From the NCBI GenBank assembly GCA_043228905.1, contig JBHGNT010000005.1, forward strand, positions 15,314,001 to 15,378,000: 64,000 bases of DNA. The letters run 5' to 3'. Both the position numbers and the translations under genes were made by a program. This DNA comes from Azolla caroliniana. Lineage: Eukaryota; Plantae; Polypodiophyta. Positions 23,032-36,600 of this stretch are shown here, piece after piece. The notes under the pieces are model-generated. The model was not told the origin of the DNA. It worked only from the letters and a program-made list of their open reading frames with translations, and did not search any database. Positions within the stretch are counted from its first letter, which is position 1. The number at the start of each line of letters is the position of its first letter.

Positions 23032-25715
23032 TCAGTTCGGTGCGCCTTCTTCCTCTGCTCCAATGTTTTCCGATCTCAGCTCTTCTTCTTCCCCGGCATC
23101 GGTCTGCACCTGCTCTTCTTGATTTTCTTGGACCGGAAGTTCTTCTTCGGGTATTCCTTGTCGGGGTTGTTCGGTGTCGATTGGTTCAGCTTCAGCCGGT
23201 CGCTCTCCCTCACTTATAGTGATTGGCGTCATTCTTCCCTCGGCTTCCTGTCGTAACCGGTCCTGCTCGTATTTCTCCAACTCCAACTGAGTTGCGAGCT
23301 GCCCGTCATCCAACCTCTCTACCAACCCTCAGATTTCTTTGAGATGTTCTTCCGCTAAAGCGTAGAAATCCTCCGAAAATTCTTCCCGAATGGCGACGAT
23401 ACTTTCTTCATCCATCTTGTAGAACTTCTCACCGGTCTTCCTCCGATTCTCGGCATCAGCTCGGAGTGTCTGCTCGGCTGCCTGTTGTGACCACTCCTTC
23501 CATAGCTTTTCCATACTTTCGTTGATGCTTGCTTGAGCTCGGGTACTCCAACATGACATGATGAGCTTGATCCGGTCAACCCCCGCTTTAGCATGCGGAT
23601 AAGCTTCTTGCTTTTCCTTCCTTGCCCATTTTATAATGTCGGCCATTATCTGAGCCTGGGCTTCGTAATCCGCTCTCTGCTTTTCATAGGCACTTTGCAG
23701 TTTGTTGAGCGTGAAGGTCGATCTTTCCTTTTCTTCATTCCGGATCTTGGTCAGATCCAGCTTTTCCCGCCTTAGCGCCTCTAATTCCTTCCTTCTCTCC
23801 GTCGCTTGGGTTATTTCCGCCGACAATGCTTCCTTTTTGGCACTGACTTCATCCATTGTCTTAGCCAAGTCCAATCGGGTCTCTTTGAGCTGTTCTTTCA
23901 GCTTCTCTATTTGTCGGTCGTAGTCTGCTGCCCGTTTCTTGTTGTCCGACTCGGCCTGCTCGTGATTTCGGTAGAGTCGATCGAAGTCCTCCGTCTTCTG
24001 CTTCAGGCGTCGGCTCACCTGAGCTCTTAACCGGTCGTCCCGGTCCTTCTGTTGTCGGAGTTCTTCCTACAGTCGCTCTATCTCCTGCTCGGCCTGTCGA
24101 CGCAGTCGGTCCTTCTCCTTTTGCAGCTTTTCTTTTTCTTCTTGCAGTCGGTCATTAGTGGCTCGGCCATTCCGGAGGCCTTCCTCCATTCTTCGTCTGT
24201 CGTCCTCCACCGCTTTCCGCTGCTTCCTTTCTTTTTCCCTTAATGCCTCCTGAGCTTTTAACTCCTCTCGCAAGGTTTCTATTATTTTTTCAGTCTTAGG
24301 GCCGGTTTGCAAGGCTACCGGTTCCGGTTCCAGTTCTGGTTGCTTCCTTGTTGTCCCGACCGGCTCGGTGACAACTTGTGCTTGTTGAATTCTTTCCCTC
24401 TTGTGCAACAGCTCCCCTTGCAACTCCTGGATCTGTGTTCGGAGCGCGACCAACTCCTAGGTTGTTGTATGCGTCAGGTGTTGCCTACGCATTTCTTCTT
24501 CCTCTAACTGGTCCGCTACTCCCGACACCTGCTCCGAAAGCCATCTCAGCCATTGTGGCTTTGTGCTTCCTGTGTCGGAGTAGCATTGCTCACTTCTACT
24601 TCTTAACTCAGGCTGTTTTTCCGGCCTTTTCTCTGGCTCCGGTGCTTGTTCATTCCTCTTCTCCGGAATGACCGATTCTCTGGAGTCCGGCAAAACCGGT
24701 TCCGGTATTGCTTCCCTCGGTGCGGGTTCCGGTACTGCTTCCGCCCTGGCTACTAGAGGTGGTCCTTGCGCCCTTTGCTGAGTTCTGTCAACTGGTGGAG
24801 CCGGTCCTCTCGCCCGTCTCTCCCGACCTTGTCTTGCTGGGAGTCTTACCAGTGGTTCGGATGAGTCTTCTTCCGTCTCAGCTTCCTCCTCCGGTGCGGC
24901 TACTAGACGGACCTTTTGTATAAAGTCCTCCGGTTCCGGTTCCGGTTCCGGTTCCGGTTCCGGCCGTCGCAGCGTTATATTGATTGGTTTGAGCACTACC
25001 GGTTCTTCCTCGGCCGGTTCCTTGTTGGTCTTCCTCGCCGGTTTTTCCTTTGTTGCCGGTTCTTGTTGCTGTCGGGATGGTCCTTCCTCCTGCTGTTCTG
25101 CTTCTTCCTGGGTCCATCCGGGGGTGTGTTTCTCCAGGATCTGTGGGTGCTTTGTGACCTTTTTCGGCGTCGTCTCCTGCTGACCTCTTTTCTTTTGTTT
25201 GATGGGGAGCACCGGTGGGACTAACACCGTTAGCCATTGTGCTATCCCGGCCCATGGCTTTTTTCCTTCCACAAGGTTCTTGATGGCCTCCTTCAATCCT
25301 TCGGTTATGAAATGGAGCCAGTCCACTTGTAATCCTTCGTACGTTGCAATTACGAATGTTGCCCGGTACCTGGCTATGGCCGGGGGACGAGAATTCACGA
25401 ATCCGTACTCCATAAGGCGCGGGCCACTTCTCCGAACAGCAGGTTCTCTCCGCCCTGTGTTCGGTACGCCTTGCTGCTGATGGAATACTCACCGAAATAT
25501 TCGAACAGGATTTGACTTGAAGGGTTTTCGATCGTTTGAAGTCCTCCTGCTTTTATCCCCGTGAGCGCCTGCACCGCTCCTTCCGTGACTTCTGATAAAT
25601 CAATCGATGTTGCCGCCTGCTCCGGTTCTGCGTGTGGTGGAGCGTCGGCGATCCGCAGCAATCCTTCTAACCCGTTCTCTATCATCCATTGGCGTGCCTC
25701 TTCCGACAGTGCCAT
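23032..25715 (-). pseudogene. Accessory ORF of C (~895 codons): globular N-terminal domain, E/P-rich linker, long coiled coil, acidic tail
   Basis: ORF pieces 24457-25413, 24067-24453, 23329-24018 and 23032-23325 share one frame and are split by single stops; one frameshift near 25415 joins the MALSEE... start. Confidence 0.75.
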
Positions 25716-25851
25716 TGGTTCGGATTCTTCTTCTGATGTCTGTTGTTCGGGATCGGGATGTGTGTGCTCTGTGCGTCGGATCGCTCTTCTATGCTTCTGC
25801 GCCTGTGTGTAGGAAAATTCATAAAAAGTAAGTCGTTCGCAGGCCTGTGTC

Positions 25852-26000
25852 TTATATAGTGGCTTTTGCCTCGAGCCGCCCTTTTTCGGTTCCCGCGCAT
25901 GTCTATCTCCCGCCATAATTAGCATGTCCTTTCTTGGTTGCCGCGTGTGCATATCTCCTGTCATCATTAGCAATTCTTCTCTTGATTGCCGCACGTGCAT
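25852..26000 (-). promoter_or_regulatory. Putative internal promoter for the C accessory ORF
   Basis: TATATAA at 25852-25858 about 140 bp upstream of the ATG; 48-bp-period repeats at 25888, 25936 and 25984 with a CACGTG. Confidence 0.45.
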
Positions 26001-26172
26001 AATACCTCGTACGTCGGTGCCCACGTTCTATGCTTTAAATAGCAAGTACGCGCACGTCCTCCTTTACTTCATGGCGCCTCTTCATTGAATGGTGGCGCTC
26101 CCACCTCTTATGATCTCCCCATCATCATTACTTTGATTTTTTTTTATTTTTTTTTTTGTTGTTTGGACCACG

Positions 26173-29100
26173 TCATTTTCCGGTCCCACCCGATTTGTTC
26201 GGGTCGGTTCGCGCTGATACCGGAATCTCCTTCTGTCGGTTTTCCGGGATAGTCTTTGTCGGTATCGGTGTCGGTTCTTCCTCGGTCCGGATTTCTGCAG
26301 CAGCGTCTGTCGGTGTCGGTTCCTCATCGTGCCGGATTTCCGGGTCTTGCTTGAACGGGTTGGCTGGCATATGTCCCTTATACGGCTTTAGCCGAAACCC
26401 ATTTGCCCACTTACCGATGACTTCTCCAGACAACGTGCCAAGCTGATACGACCCATTGTACTCCTTGGTGATCTAGAACGGTCCGGTCCACCGAAACCGC
26501 AACTTTCCCGGCATGTTCCCCATCCGTGTCTGGAACAGTAGCACCGGTTTTCCGACTTCGAACTCCTTTTCATTGCCACGCCGGTGTCGGTCCACGAAAG
26601 CTTTTCTCCTCCTTTGCTCCAGTTCGAGTTGTAGTAAGCTGGCTATTCGGTTTTCTTCTAATTCCAACAACGTCGCCAGCCGGATTCGTTCGGACTCCTT
26701 CTCACTTAGGCGCTCCTTTACCTGGATCCGTAAGTTGGGGATCTGGAACTCTACCGGCATGACCACTTCTAAGCCGAATGCTAGTCGGAACGGGGTTGTC
26801 CGGATGTTGGTTTTGTATGTTGTTCAGTACGCCCATAGCGCGCTCTGCAATTTCGTATCCCAGTCGGTCCGGTTCTCGTTGACGATGTTTTGTAGGATGT
26901 TCTGCAGAGTTTTGTTCGTTGATTCCGCCAGTCCATTGGCTTGAGGGTAGTAGGGAGTACTCCTTTTATGTACCACCGCGTAAAATGACGTCAGGCTTTC
27001 TACTGCCTGCCCGAGAAAGTGTCCTCCTTGGTCACTTATAAGCTCGATCGGGCATCCATACCGGCACCATATGCACTCGTACAGGAACTTTGCCGTGGAA
27101 GCGGCCGTGTTGTCCCGTAAGGCCTTCGCTTCCACCCATTTGGTGCAATAGTCGGTCGCCACTATGACATACCGATTTCCGGTTCGCATTACCGATGGCT
27201 TGAAGGGACCGACAAAGTCCAAACCCCACTTTTGAAATGGTTCCAATGGCAAGACCGGGTGGTGTGGCATCCGGGCCTGCTCTGTGGGTTGGCCCAGTCG
27301 TTAACACAAATCGCATTCTCTGCTATACTTCAAAGCATCTTTTAGGGTGGTGGGCCACCACAGTCCGCTCTGCCATATTTTCCGAGCGATTGCGTCGCCG
27401 GCATAATGCCCACCGGCAATTCCACAATGGGCTTCCCTGAGGATTAGATCCTTCTCATCGTTCCGCACTACTCGTCTCCAGATGCCATCTGCCCCCTTGT
27501 GATAGAGGGTGTCTCCAACCAAGCAGAAATGTCTGCTTCTTACTGCTACCCTTTTCCTTTCATCGCGGTCCATGTTCTTCGGGGGTACTCCGGTGCTCAG
27601 GAACTAATGCATCTCGGTTAGCCACTTGTCTTCATCGGCTACCGTTGCATCCGTTGCCGGTTCCGTCGTGATCCGGAACAACTCGGCGTCGGGGAACTCA
27701 TCCTGTACGCCGTCCCCTGCTTCTCCGGATTCGAGACTGCTTAGGTGGTCCGCTACCGCATGCTGCACCCCGGGTCGCTGGAAAATGTCGAATTCAAATT
27801 CCTGTAACAGCAGTGTCCATCGTGCAATTTTTCCCGTCAGGGATGCCTTCGAGACCAGGTAGAGTAATGCCGAATGGTCGACATGGAAGGAAAACTTCCT
27901 TCCGAGCAGATAGTGCCTGTACTTTGTGACACTATACACCATTCCTAATGCCTCTCGTTCCGTCGTAGAGTAGTTCCGTTCGGCTTTTGAGAGTTTCCAG
28001 CTTGCGTAGTACACCGGCCGGTACCATTTCGGCTCCGTGAGTTGCATCAGAATGTTGCCAATTGCTACGTCTGACGCGTCGACGAAGACGTGAAAGCTTT
28101 TACTCCAATCCGGCGGTTGCACCACCGGAGCTTGCGACAGCATAACCTTCAGCGCTTGGTAGGCTTTCTCCTCCGTCTCCACCCATAGGAAGGGTACCCT
28201 GTGTACGGCGGCATGCAATGGTGTAGCGAAGTCTGCGAGGTGTCGTATCATCCGGCTATGCCACCTTATTTGGCCCAGGAACCGACTTAAAGCCTTTGCG
28301 TTATTTGGTGCCAGTGCCTCGAGAATCGCCTTTACTTTATCCGGATCTACCGCGATTCCTTCCTTACTCACCATGTGCCCTAGCAAATTGCCACTTGCCA
28401 CTCCAAACACGCACTTGGCCGGGTTCAGACTCAACCGGTACTCGCGGCACTTCTCTAAGCACAGCCGGAGGTGATCGAGATGCTCTCCGTGCCGGCTGTA
28501 GACCGCGAAATCGTCAAGGAAGACCTGCATAAAACCGGGGATATATTCCCCGAAAATTTCCATTATTATCCTTTGAAAGGTCGTTGGGGCCGTCTTTAGT
28601 CCGAACATCATCACGACCGCGACGAACACTCCCCATTCCGTAACGAACGTTGTCTTCTCCTGGTCGGCCGGGTTCATTCGTATTTGGTTGTAACCGCTAA
28701 ATCCATCCAGAAAGCTGTAAACTTCGTGGCCGGCTACCGCATCTAACACGCCGTCCGTAAATGGTAGTGGAAATGCATCGGTCACCGTTGCGGCATTTAG
28801 TTTCCGGTAGTCCACACATACCCAGATTTTGCCGTTCTTTTTCGGGACCACCACTATCGGACTCAGCCAGGTTGCCTGCTTGACCGATCAGATAAATCCG
28901 ACCCGGAGGAGCTTATCAATCTCCTCCTTCACCTTCGCCGCATAATTCGGATTCATCCGGTACCTGCGTTGAGCGATCGGTTTCGCGTCCGTACTTAGGT
29001 GAATTTGGTGCTGATAGAGCTGGGGGTCCAACCCTCGCATGTCTTCGTATGACCACGCGAACACATCCTTGAAGTCTGTTAATAATGCTACCATTGCCTT

Positions 29101-32100
29101 CTTTTCTTCCTTCGGCAATTCCTTTGCGACATTTACCGGTCGGGGCTTGTCTGTTGTGCCGAGGTCCACCTCCTCTAGTTGGGATGCTTTTACCCTCTGG
29201 GATATCGTCATCTCCCTCTCTAGGGATTCCTGCGCTTGTCGCAGTTCCTGCATCGCCGCTTGGTCCGGTTCGTCCGGCATCGTGATGTACGGTTCTATTG
29301 CCGCCGTGATATCCACCTCAAATAGTGGGACGATTCGTGGGTGTTCCTCGAGGTACCGATCGACTTCCTCGTCCAGTAATCCCTCCAACATGTTGATGCT
29401 TTCCGCATACAATGGAGTTGCTTCCTTACTGGTGATCACCCGTGGTTGCGTCGCTACTCGTACCTTTGTTTTCCCTCGCCGAAATGTGATCATGTTCTTT
29501 TGCCAATTCTGCTTGATATGCGCCGTTCGCAGCCATGGTCGTCCTAGCAGTAGGGGGTACGCGCCTTGTACATTCAGCTGCAGCACCACGGCCGATATCT
29601 GGAATACGTGGCCTCTGATTGTTACTTCCAAATCCCGGATAAGCCCGGTCGGTCGGACTGAGCTGGTATCCGCCATGCGTAACCAAAAGGGGCATGGTTC
29701 CCATTCCCGGATGCCCAGGTTGTCACATGTCTGTTGGCTGATGACATTTACCCCGGAGCCTCCGTCAATAATTGTTCCAGCAATTTCCTTTCCTTTCACG
29801 ATTGTCGTGATCACCGGGCTACTTGTATCGACCACAACTAGTCCTTCCTCCGGGTTGGAGAAGAATGTCAGTGCTGGCGTCGGCTTCGGTTTGCTCACGG
29901 ATGCCTGTAAGTTTGCCGTAAACTGTGGCACCAACTGTAGTAGCCGTGCTAACGGCAGCACGATTTGACAGTCCTGGAGCGCTTGCCACGTCGGGTTTTC
30001 TCCTGGCTGTATGATTTCTTCGTCTTTTGGCATATTTTGGTCTCTTACTTCTGCCGCATTCTGTTCATTGGCCTTCTTGATCCATTGCGCCACTTGTTTT
30101 TTGATTGCCTCCTGGGCTTCCCACTCGGCGGCCTTCCCCTTTGACCGGGTTGTGACCTGCTGCACTTCCGTTATTTCGGCTGTAACCATGTTGATTGTCA
30201 GCTGCTTGTCATTGGTTTTGCTTGGGCATTGGTTACTATAATGGCCCTCCTTACGGCAGTAATAACAGTACACCTTGTGACTGTTGCTCGTTTCTCCTTT
30301 GACCCCGGTTTGGGGGGTGGGTATACTTCGGCGGTCGTCTTCGGTTTTTCGGTTATCCGGTACCGATACCGGGTTGTCATTCCTTGCTGCCTCCCGACGT
30401 TCCTCTCTTCGGAAAAATCCACACTTCTGATTCCGTCGGAAATTCCGGTTCCCTTGTCGCCTCTCTTCTCTGCGTCGTTCGTATTCCGGGGATTCGTCTC
30501 GGTCGTACCGGTCCCGGGGGTAGCTATCTCTGCGTTTCTCCTCTCGGTCATAGTTATCGCGTCTTCTATCAGCGTATCTGTTACCGCGTTCACGTTGGTA
30601 GCGGTCGTCTCTCCAGAATCGATCCTCATCCGGGTCCTGATTGCGCGGTTCTATGTGTCGAACCGGTGCCGCCTGCCAATTTAACAGGTTATATTCGCAT
30701 CGGTCCGTTGTATGGGCTCGAGAGTTGCAGATCATACATTGTGTCCGCAGGTTGCAGTCTACCGTTGAGTGGCCCGAATTTAGGCATGTTGTGCATTGTA
30801 AGGCCTGTCGGAACCTCAGGTCTTCCTCCTTCGGGAGTGCCCAGTGTAACATCCCCATCGACAAGAAGGAGCTAGTCTTGTCCATTTCTAAGACCCGATC
30901 AATAACTTGGTCCATTGTGCTGGTGCGGAAATCAAGGACTCCGCACATCGTTCGAAGTGGCTCTTTTAGCGCAGCCAAAAAGACTGCTTTGGCTTCGTCT
31001 TCGGGTGGTGCTCTCGTCAGTTGGCTGTGCAAGGTCTGAAACCGAATGATGAATTGTGGCACAATCTCGTTCTCTTCCTGCCGGGTGGTGTAGAACTGCC
31101 CGACCAATTCCCTTTGCTCAACTTGTCTGTGAAAAAATCTGAGGAATTTGGCCTTCAAGGCATCGAATGTGGCAAAGCTGCCCGGTAAGTGCTTTGCGTG
31201 CCATCGGGCCTCCGGTCCTTCTAAGGTCATGCCGAATTCGGCGACTTTGGATCGTTCGGCTTCGGGCTCCGTCAGTCTTTGGGAAACATGGTTGGCTTCC
31301 CATGTTTGGAGGAATGCGTACACGTGTGCCTCCGCGTCGGGCTCATCCCGGTACTTTGGGTATGGGTACGGCATCGTGTCGTCCAACTGACTCTCCTGCT
31401 CTCTCCGCTCTCTGTCCGTTGTTGGCGTCGATGTGAGAACCTTCGGTTCCTCCGCGGTTGGTGTCGGTATCCGCTCCTTCAGTTCCTCCGCGGGTGTTGC
31501 CGGTGTTCGGTCCTTTGGTTTCTCCGCGGGTGTTGTCGGTATCTACTCCTTCGGTTCCTCCGCAGGTGTTGTCGGTATCCGCTCCTTCGGTTCCTCCGCG
31601 GTTGTTGTCGGTGTCCGGTCCTTCGGTTCCTTCGCGGGTGTTGTCAGTATCCGGTCAGCCTCCCTCGGCGATTGTCGGTCACTGAACTCCAAGGTTATTT
31701 CTTCCTCTGGCTCCGGTGTTACTGAGTCTTCCGACTCCTCTTCCCCCGGGTCGTTTGGTGTGTCGTGGCTGCTTTTATACTGGGACGCAACGCTTCCGTC
31801 GCTTTCTGACTCCGCCTTGAGTGTTGCGAATGCTTCCGAGTCCCCGTCGCCACCAGCGAGCGTCTGTAGTATCGTTTCCGCCTCTTGCAGGCTTGTTATG
31901 CTACTGCCTTCGTCGGGGACTTGCAGAACCCGGAACTGCAGTGCTTCTTCTGCGACTCTCCAAAGAGTTCTGGAGAATGACCGATCTCGCCGGATCTCGT
32001 CGACGGCTTGTTGCAGGGCTTCCCGTCGTTGCTCTCGTTCGGTGTATCGTCTCCCTCGTTCGGTGTATCGTCTCCCTCGTTCGGTGATGTGGTCATCGTT

Positions 32101-32112
32101 TGGTCTAGACAT
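26173..32112 (-). pseudogene. Gag-Pol of C in one frame (~1980 codons) with six in-frame stops
   Basis: Three CCHC knuckles, IIDGGSG protease, VFLDD RT, VFVDASD RNase H, D-D-E integrase; all ORF-track pieces are in the same frame. Confidence 0.9.
31440..31655 (-). repeat. Six 36-bp tandem repeats encoding TTPAEEPKERIP-like units in C Gag
   Basis: Direct inspection; a 21-bp TERGRRY repeat also occurs at ~32035-32087. Confidence 0.85.
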
Positions 32113-33265
32113 CCATCCCCCGGTTGTCCTCTGCACTTTGCAGGAATCGTGGTCGCCAAAATAGTGTTGTATGCCTGGCCAAACAAGCCTCAACACAGGT
32201 GTCTATCCGACACTTCTCCAAAGGGGTGGTAAGGATTGGATGCTAGGTTACACGCATAAGATGATTACACTAAGCACAGACGGTAAAACAATACAAAGAC
32301 AAAGATAAACACGCAATAAGTATAATTGTATTACTTCCGTCAAGCATTTACAAATCATCGGATCCTTTTATAGGCATCCGGCAAGATTACAATCGGTGCG
32401 CTTAGGCAACCGGCATCCGAATCGGTCCGTATCCGGATCGGTACAACTGTACCGGATCCGTCCCTCCGAATAATAAATATACTATTATTTACTTCCTATT
32501 ATCTGATCCGACTCCGGCTTCCCACTTGTCCTTGCTCTTCTGACCGGCCAACAGCCTTGGTCGGAAGGAGGTCTGGTTCTGCTTACCGGCCAGACAATCA
32601 GTGCACTTCTCTAAGTGCACGTTCTTCACTGGAATGAGGTTGTCGTCTGCAAGCCTCTTCATCCCCTTCTCGCTCATATGACACAGCCTCTTGTGCCACA
32701 GCTCACCGGCAGTATCGGATGCCACGTTCACTTCTTCTGGACATAACCGGGCATTCATCAGGTACAGTGTGTTTACCTTCCGGGCCCGAGCCACAATCAG
32801 GCTCCCTTTGCTGAACTTCAGGACACCATTCCGGATGCTACCCGTGTAGCCTTCATCATCTAGCCGACTGGCTGATATCAGGTTCAGACGAACTTCCGGA
32901 ACATGTCGGACATCCTTCAGCAGCAACTTACATCCGGTTGGTGTTGTCAGCCACACGTCTCCTATGCCGACAATTCGGCATGTACCTTCATTCCCCATCC
33001 GGACACAGCCGTGGTCACCGGCTGAGTAGGATGCGAAGCATTTCTGGTCCGGGGTAAGGTGGAACGATGCTCCGGAGTCTACCACCCAGGTCATCTCGTC
33101 GCCAGCAAGGTTTATCTCACTCTCCTCGGTGATGTCAGGAACTCTATTAAGGCAGAGAAGGAATTAGTACTAAAAGAAGGATTAGTACTATTGTTGGGGA
33201 ATAGTACTAAGACAGAGAAGGATTAGTACTATGAGAGGTGTCGAACTTTGAGAGAAGGAATGAGT

Positions 33266-33309
<44 letters not shown>

Positions 33310-33601
33310 TGATGCGAAAGATATATGTATTATATGACGGAAGATATACAACAGTAGTTAGAAGGCTTAAGACTGGCGTTGAACCGATTTGGTTCGAACT
33401 AATGCCTTGCGCCTCCTTTTATAGTGTCTTCAGGAATACTCCTGAAGTTTCTAGAATGTTCCAGAGAAATCTGGAATAATCTGGAATATACATCAATTTC
33501 CTAATAAAACCTAAATGAAAATAATATCCTTCAAATTACAACTCATAACCTAATGGTAAAGTCTCGACCCGTGTAACAAAAGGTTATGGGTTCGAGTCTA
33601 G

Positions 33602-36600
33602 TTATGACACTATCCCCCCTTTAAAACGACGAGTTTCACGAGTCGTTTTGGATTGAGGACCCGGTTTCTCGGGATATCGTCGATGGAAGTCTTCTAGAAG
33701 AGCACGAGCATTGGTCACATTCTCGATCGGTTCCCAAGTACGCTCGCTGGGACTATATCCTAGCCAATCGACTAGATAGTAGAGCTTGTTGCGAACAATC
33801 TTGGAATCGAGGATGGCAGCGACCTCATACTCAGGTCCATCTTCGAGCTCGATAGGAGGTGGAGGTTGTATAGTACGTCCTGGGATAGTGCTCTCGTGAT
33901 AGGGTTCGAGGAGAGAACTATGAAACACCGGGTGTATCCGAAGTTGCGGAGGTAGCTCGAGACGAAAAGCGACATCATTAATCTTCCCGATAATACGGAA
34001 AGGACCTAATCGTCGATAATCCAACTTCTCACATGGGCGAGTAGTCTTGATGTGTCGTCGTAGCAGCCACACCCGATCTCCAATGGTAAAACTGGATGGA
34101 AGTCGATGACGATCTGCGTAGTCCTTGTGTGATTGTTGAGCTTGCTGGAGTTGAGTAGATAAATCCGCTTGTATCTTGCGTAACCGCTCCAAACGATCCT
34201 CCGCGTAAGGATTTGTGGACACTTCTGGGGTTTCAAGGACACACCACCGGGGATGATATCCCGTATAAGCGTAGAATGGCGTGACTTTAGTCGATGCGTG
34301 GATAGCGTTATTATAGGCAAATTCGGCGAACGGAAGAATATCTGCCCAGTCATTCTGATGATAGTTGAGAAAGCACCGCAGATACTGCTCCAGTGTTTGA
34401 TTTGTTCGTTCGGCTTGACCGTCGGTTTGTGGGTGGTAGCCGGAGGAGAGGTTACAAGTGACCTTCAGCATTTTAAAAAGGTGCTTCCAGAATTTTGACA
34501 CAAACTGGGGTCCACGATCGCTGATGATATTATCAGGGAGTCCATGATGCCGACATACTTCCCGCATGACAATTTCGGCGGTGTCTTCACTAGATATTTC
34601 TTTAGTACATGGTAAGAAATGAGCCATCTTCGTATATCGATCCACCACTGTGAGAATCGCACTGAATCCCTTAGAGACTGGAAGATCTGTAATGAAGTCA
34701 AGAGCAATGGATTGCCATGGCTTGCTTGGAATTGGTAATGGTTCTAATAAACCATATGGATGATGTCTTGGCATTTTCGCTCTGCAGCATGTATCGCAAG
34801 TCCGAACAAAATCTTCGACAAATTGTCGCATACGGGGCCACCAGAATGATCGTTGTACTAAATCTAATGTTTTAGTACTACCAAAATGTCCTGCTGTATA
34901 TGTGTCATGGCAGTTTTGTACTACTCGAAGGCGGCAAGAACCATTAGGAACATACAAAAGTTCTTTAAAGAAGAGTAATCCATCACAGTATTTGAATTGC
35001 CGATAATCCGTACCTGGTGATTGTGATTGTGAACATGACGCTCGAGAGGGGTCAATTTGTGCTAGTATAGCTTGGGCGAAAGCGTCAGTCTTCAAGTCCT
35101 CACGTATAGTATTGGTAATGTCGGAATCCACGGGCATGTCAAAGATCTGTGCTGCTTGCAGTCGTGCTGGACCCAAGATTACTTGCTTCTGGTTATCGAA
35201 AGCTGGCTCACCGGGACGTGGTGTTAGATACGAACGCCGTGATAATGCATCTGCCTTCCCTTGGTGCTTCCCCGGACGATATGTAATTTTGAAGTCGAAG
35301 CGTGTGAGGAAATGGGCCCACCGAGCTTGACGTCGATTCAGTACACGAGCATCTTGAAAGTAGGCAAGGTTCTTGTGGTCACTGAATACAGTGACCTGAT
35401 GAGGAGATCCCTCCAGGAAATGCCTCCATTGCATAAAAGAATCAACTATTGCTAATAGCTCTTTATCATGAATTTCGTAGTTGATTTCGGCGGCGTCAAA
35501 CTTACGGGAGTGGAAAGCCACAGGATGTAGCTTCTCGTCGTTACCCTGTTGTGACAGAATGCTCCCCAATGCAAAATCCGATGCATCAGCTTCGATAATG
35601 AATGGTTTTTCCGGATCCACATGACCTAAAATTGGAGCTGATGTAAACGCCTTCTTAAGACTCTCGAAAGCCATGTCCGTCTCTTTAGACCAAATGAATG
35701 ATTGTCCCTTCCTGGTGAGCTGTGTGAGAGGCAGCACAATTTTTGAGTAATTTTGTATGAACTTCCGGTAGAAATTTGCAAAGCCTAGGAAGCATTGCAC
35801 ATCCCGCACCGAACGCGGAGTGTGCCATTCTATCACCGTTTTGACCTTGGCTGGGTCCATAGATATGCCTTCTGAGGAGATGACATAGCCGAGAAACTCC
35901 ACTTGGTTGCACCCGAAACTACATTTCTCTAACTTTGCATACAGACCATGTTCTCGAAGTCGTTTTAGTACTAATAGTACATGAGAATCATGTTCTTCTT
36001 GGGTCTTTGAATAAACCAGTAGATCATCCAAATAGATGATCAAAAAATCATCCAAGAGGTCTCGAAATATATCATTCGCCATGTGCTGGAAGACTGTCGG
36101 CGCATTAGTGAGTCCGAACGGCATGACCGTATACTCGAAGTGCCCATATCTGGTGCGAAACGCGGTCTTCCATTCATCTCCTGGTCGGATCCGTACGAGG
36201 TTATAGGCTCCTCGTAAGTCGATCTTCGTGAAGAACCTGGCACCGTTGATCCGTTCTAAAAGACTTGAGATAAGGGGAAGAGCATACCTATTTCTTACTG
36301 TGACCTTATTCAAGCCACGGTAATCTACAACGAGTCGAAGCGAGCCATCTTTTTTCTTGACGAAGAAAATGGGTGCGCCGGCTGGAGATTTCGAATGCCG
36401 AATGAAACCGTTCTCCAAATTCTCCTCTATATAGGCTCGAAGTACTTCTAGCTCGGTTGGTGACAAATTGTAGATCGGCCCCCATGGCGGCTCTTTTCCC
36501 GGTTGTAAGTCGATGGCGCAGTCGTACGGCCGATGATGAGGAAGTGTGTTGGCTTGTACTTTATCGAACACATCAGCATACTGACGATACTTCTCGGGAA

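Larger units (their letters stand above)
22338..32553 (-). mobile_element. Non-chromovirus Ty3/Gypsy element C with extra 3' ORF
   Basis: 389-bp LTRs 22338-22726 and 32165-32553; perfect TSD GCCTT; PBS TGGCGACCACGA (tRNA-Arg-like) 32147-32158. Confidence 0.93.

Noticed and set aside
23032-25715. Envelope gene interpretation of the extra ORF
   Set aside because: No signal peptide, transmembrane helix or cysteine-rich ectodomain visible
29039-32164. Long plus-strand ORFs (309 aa, 243 aa and others)
   Set aside because: Antisense shadows of the GC-rich gag-pol of C with no recognisable domains
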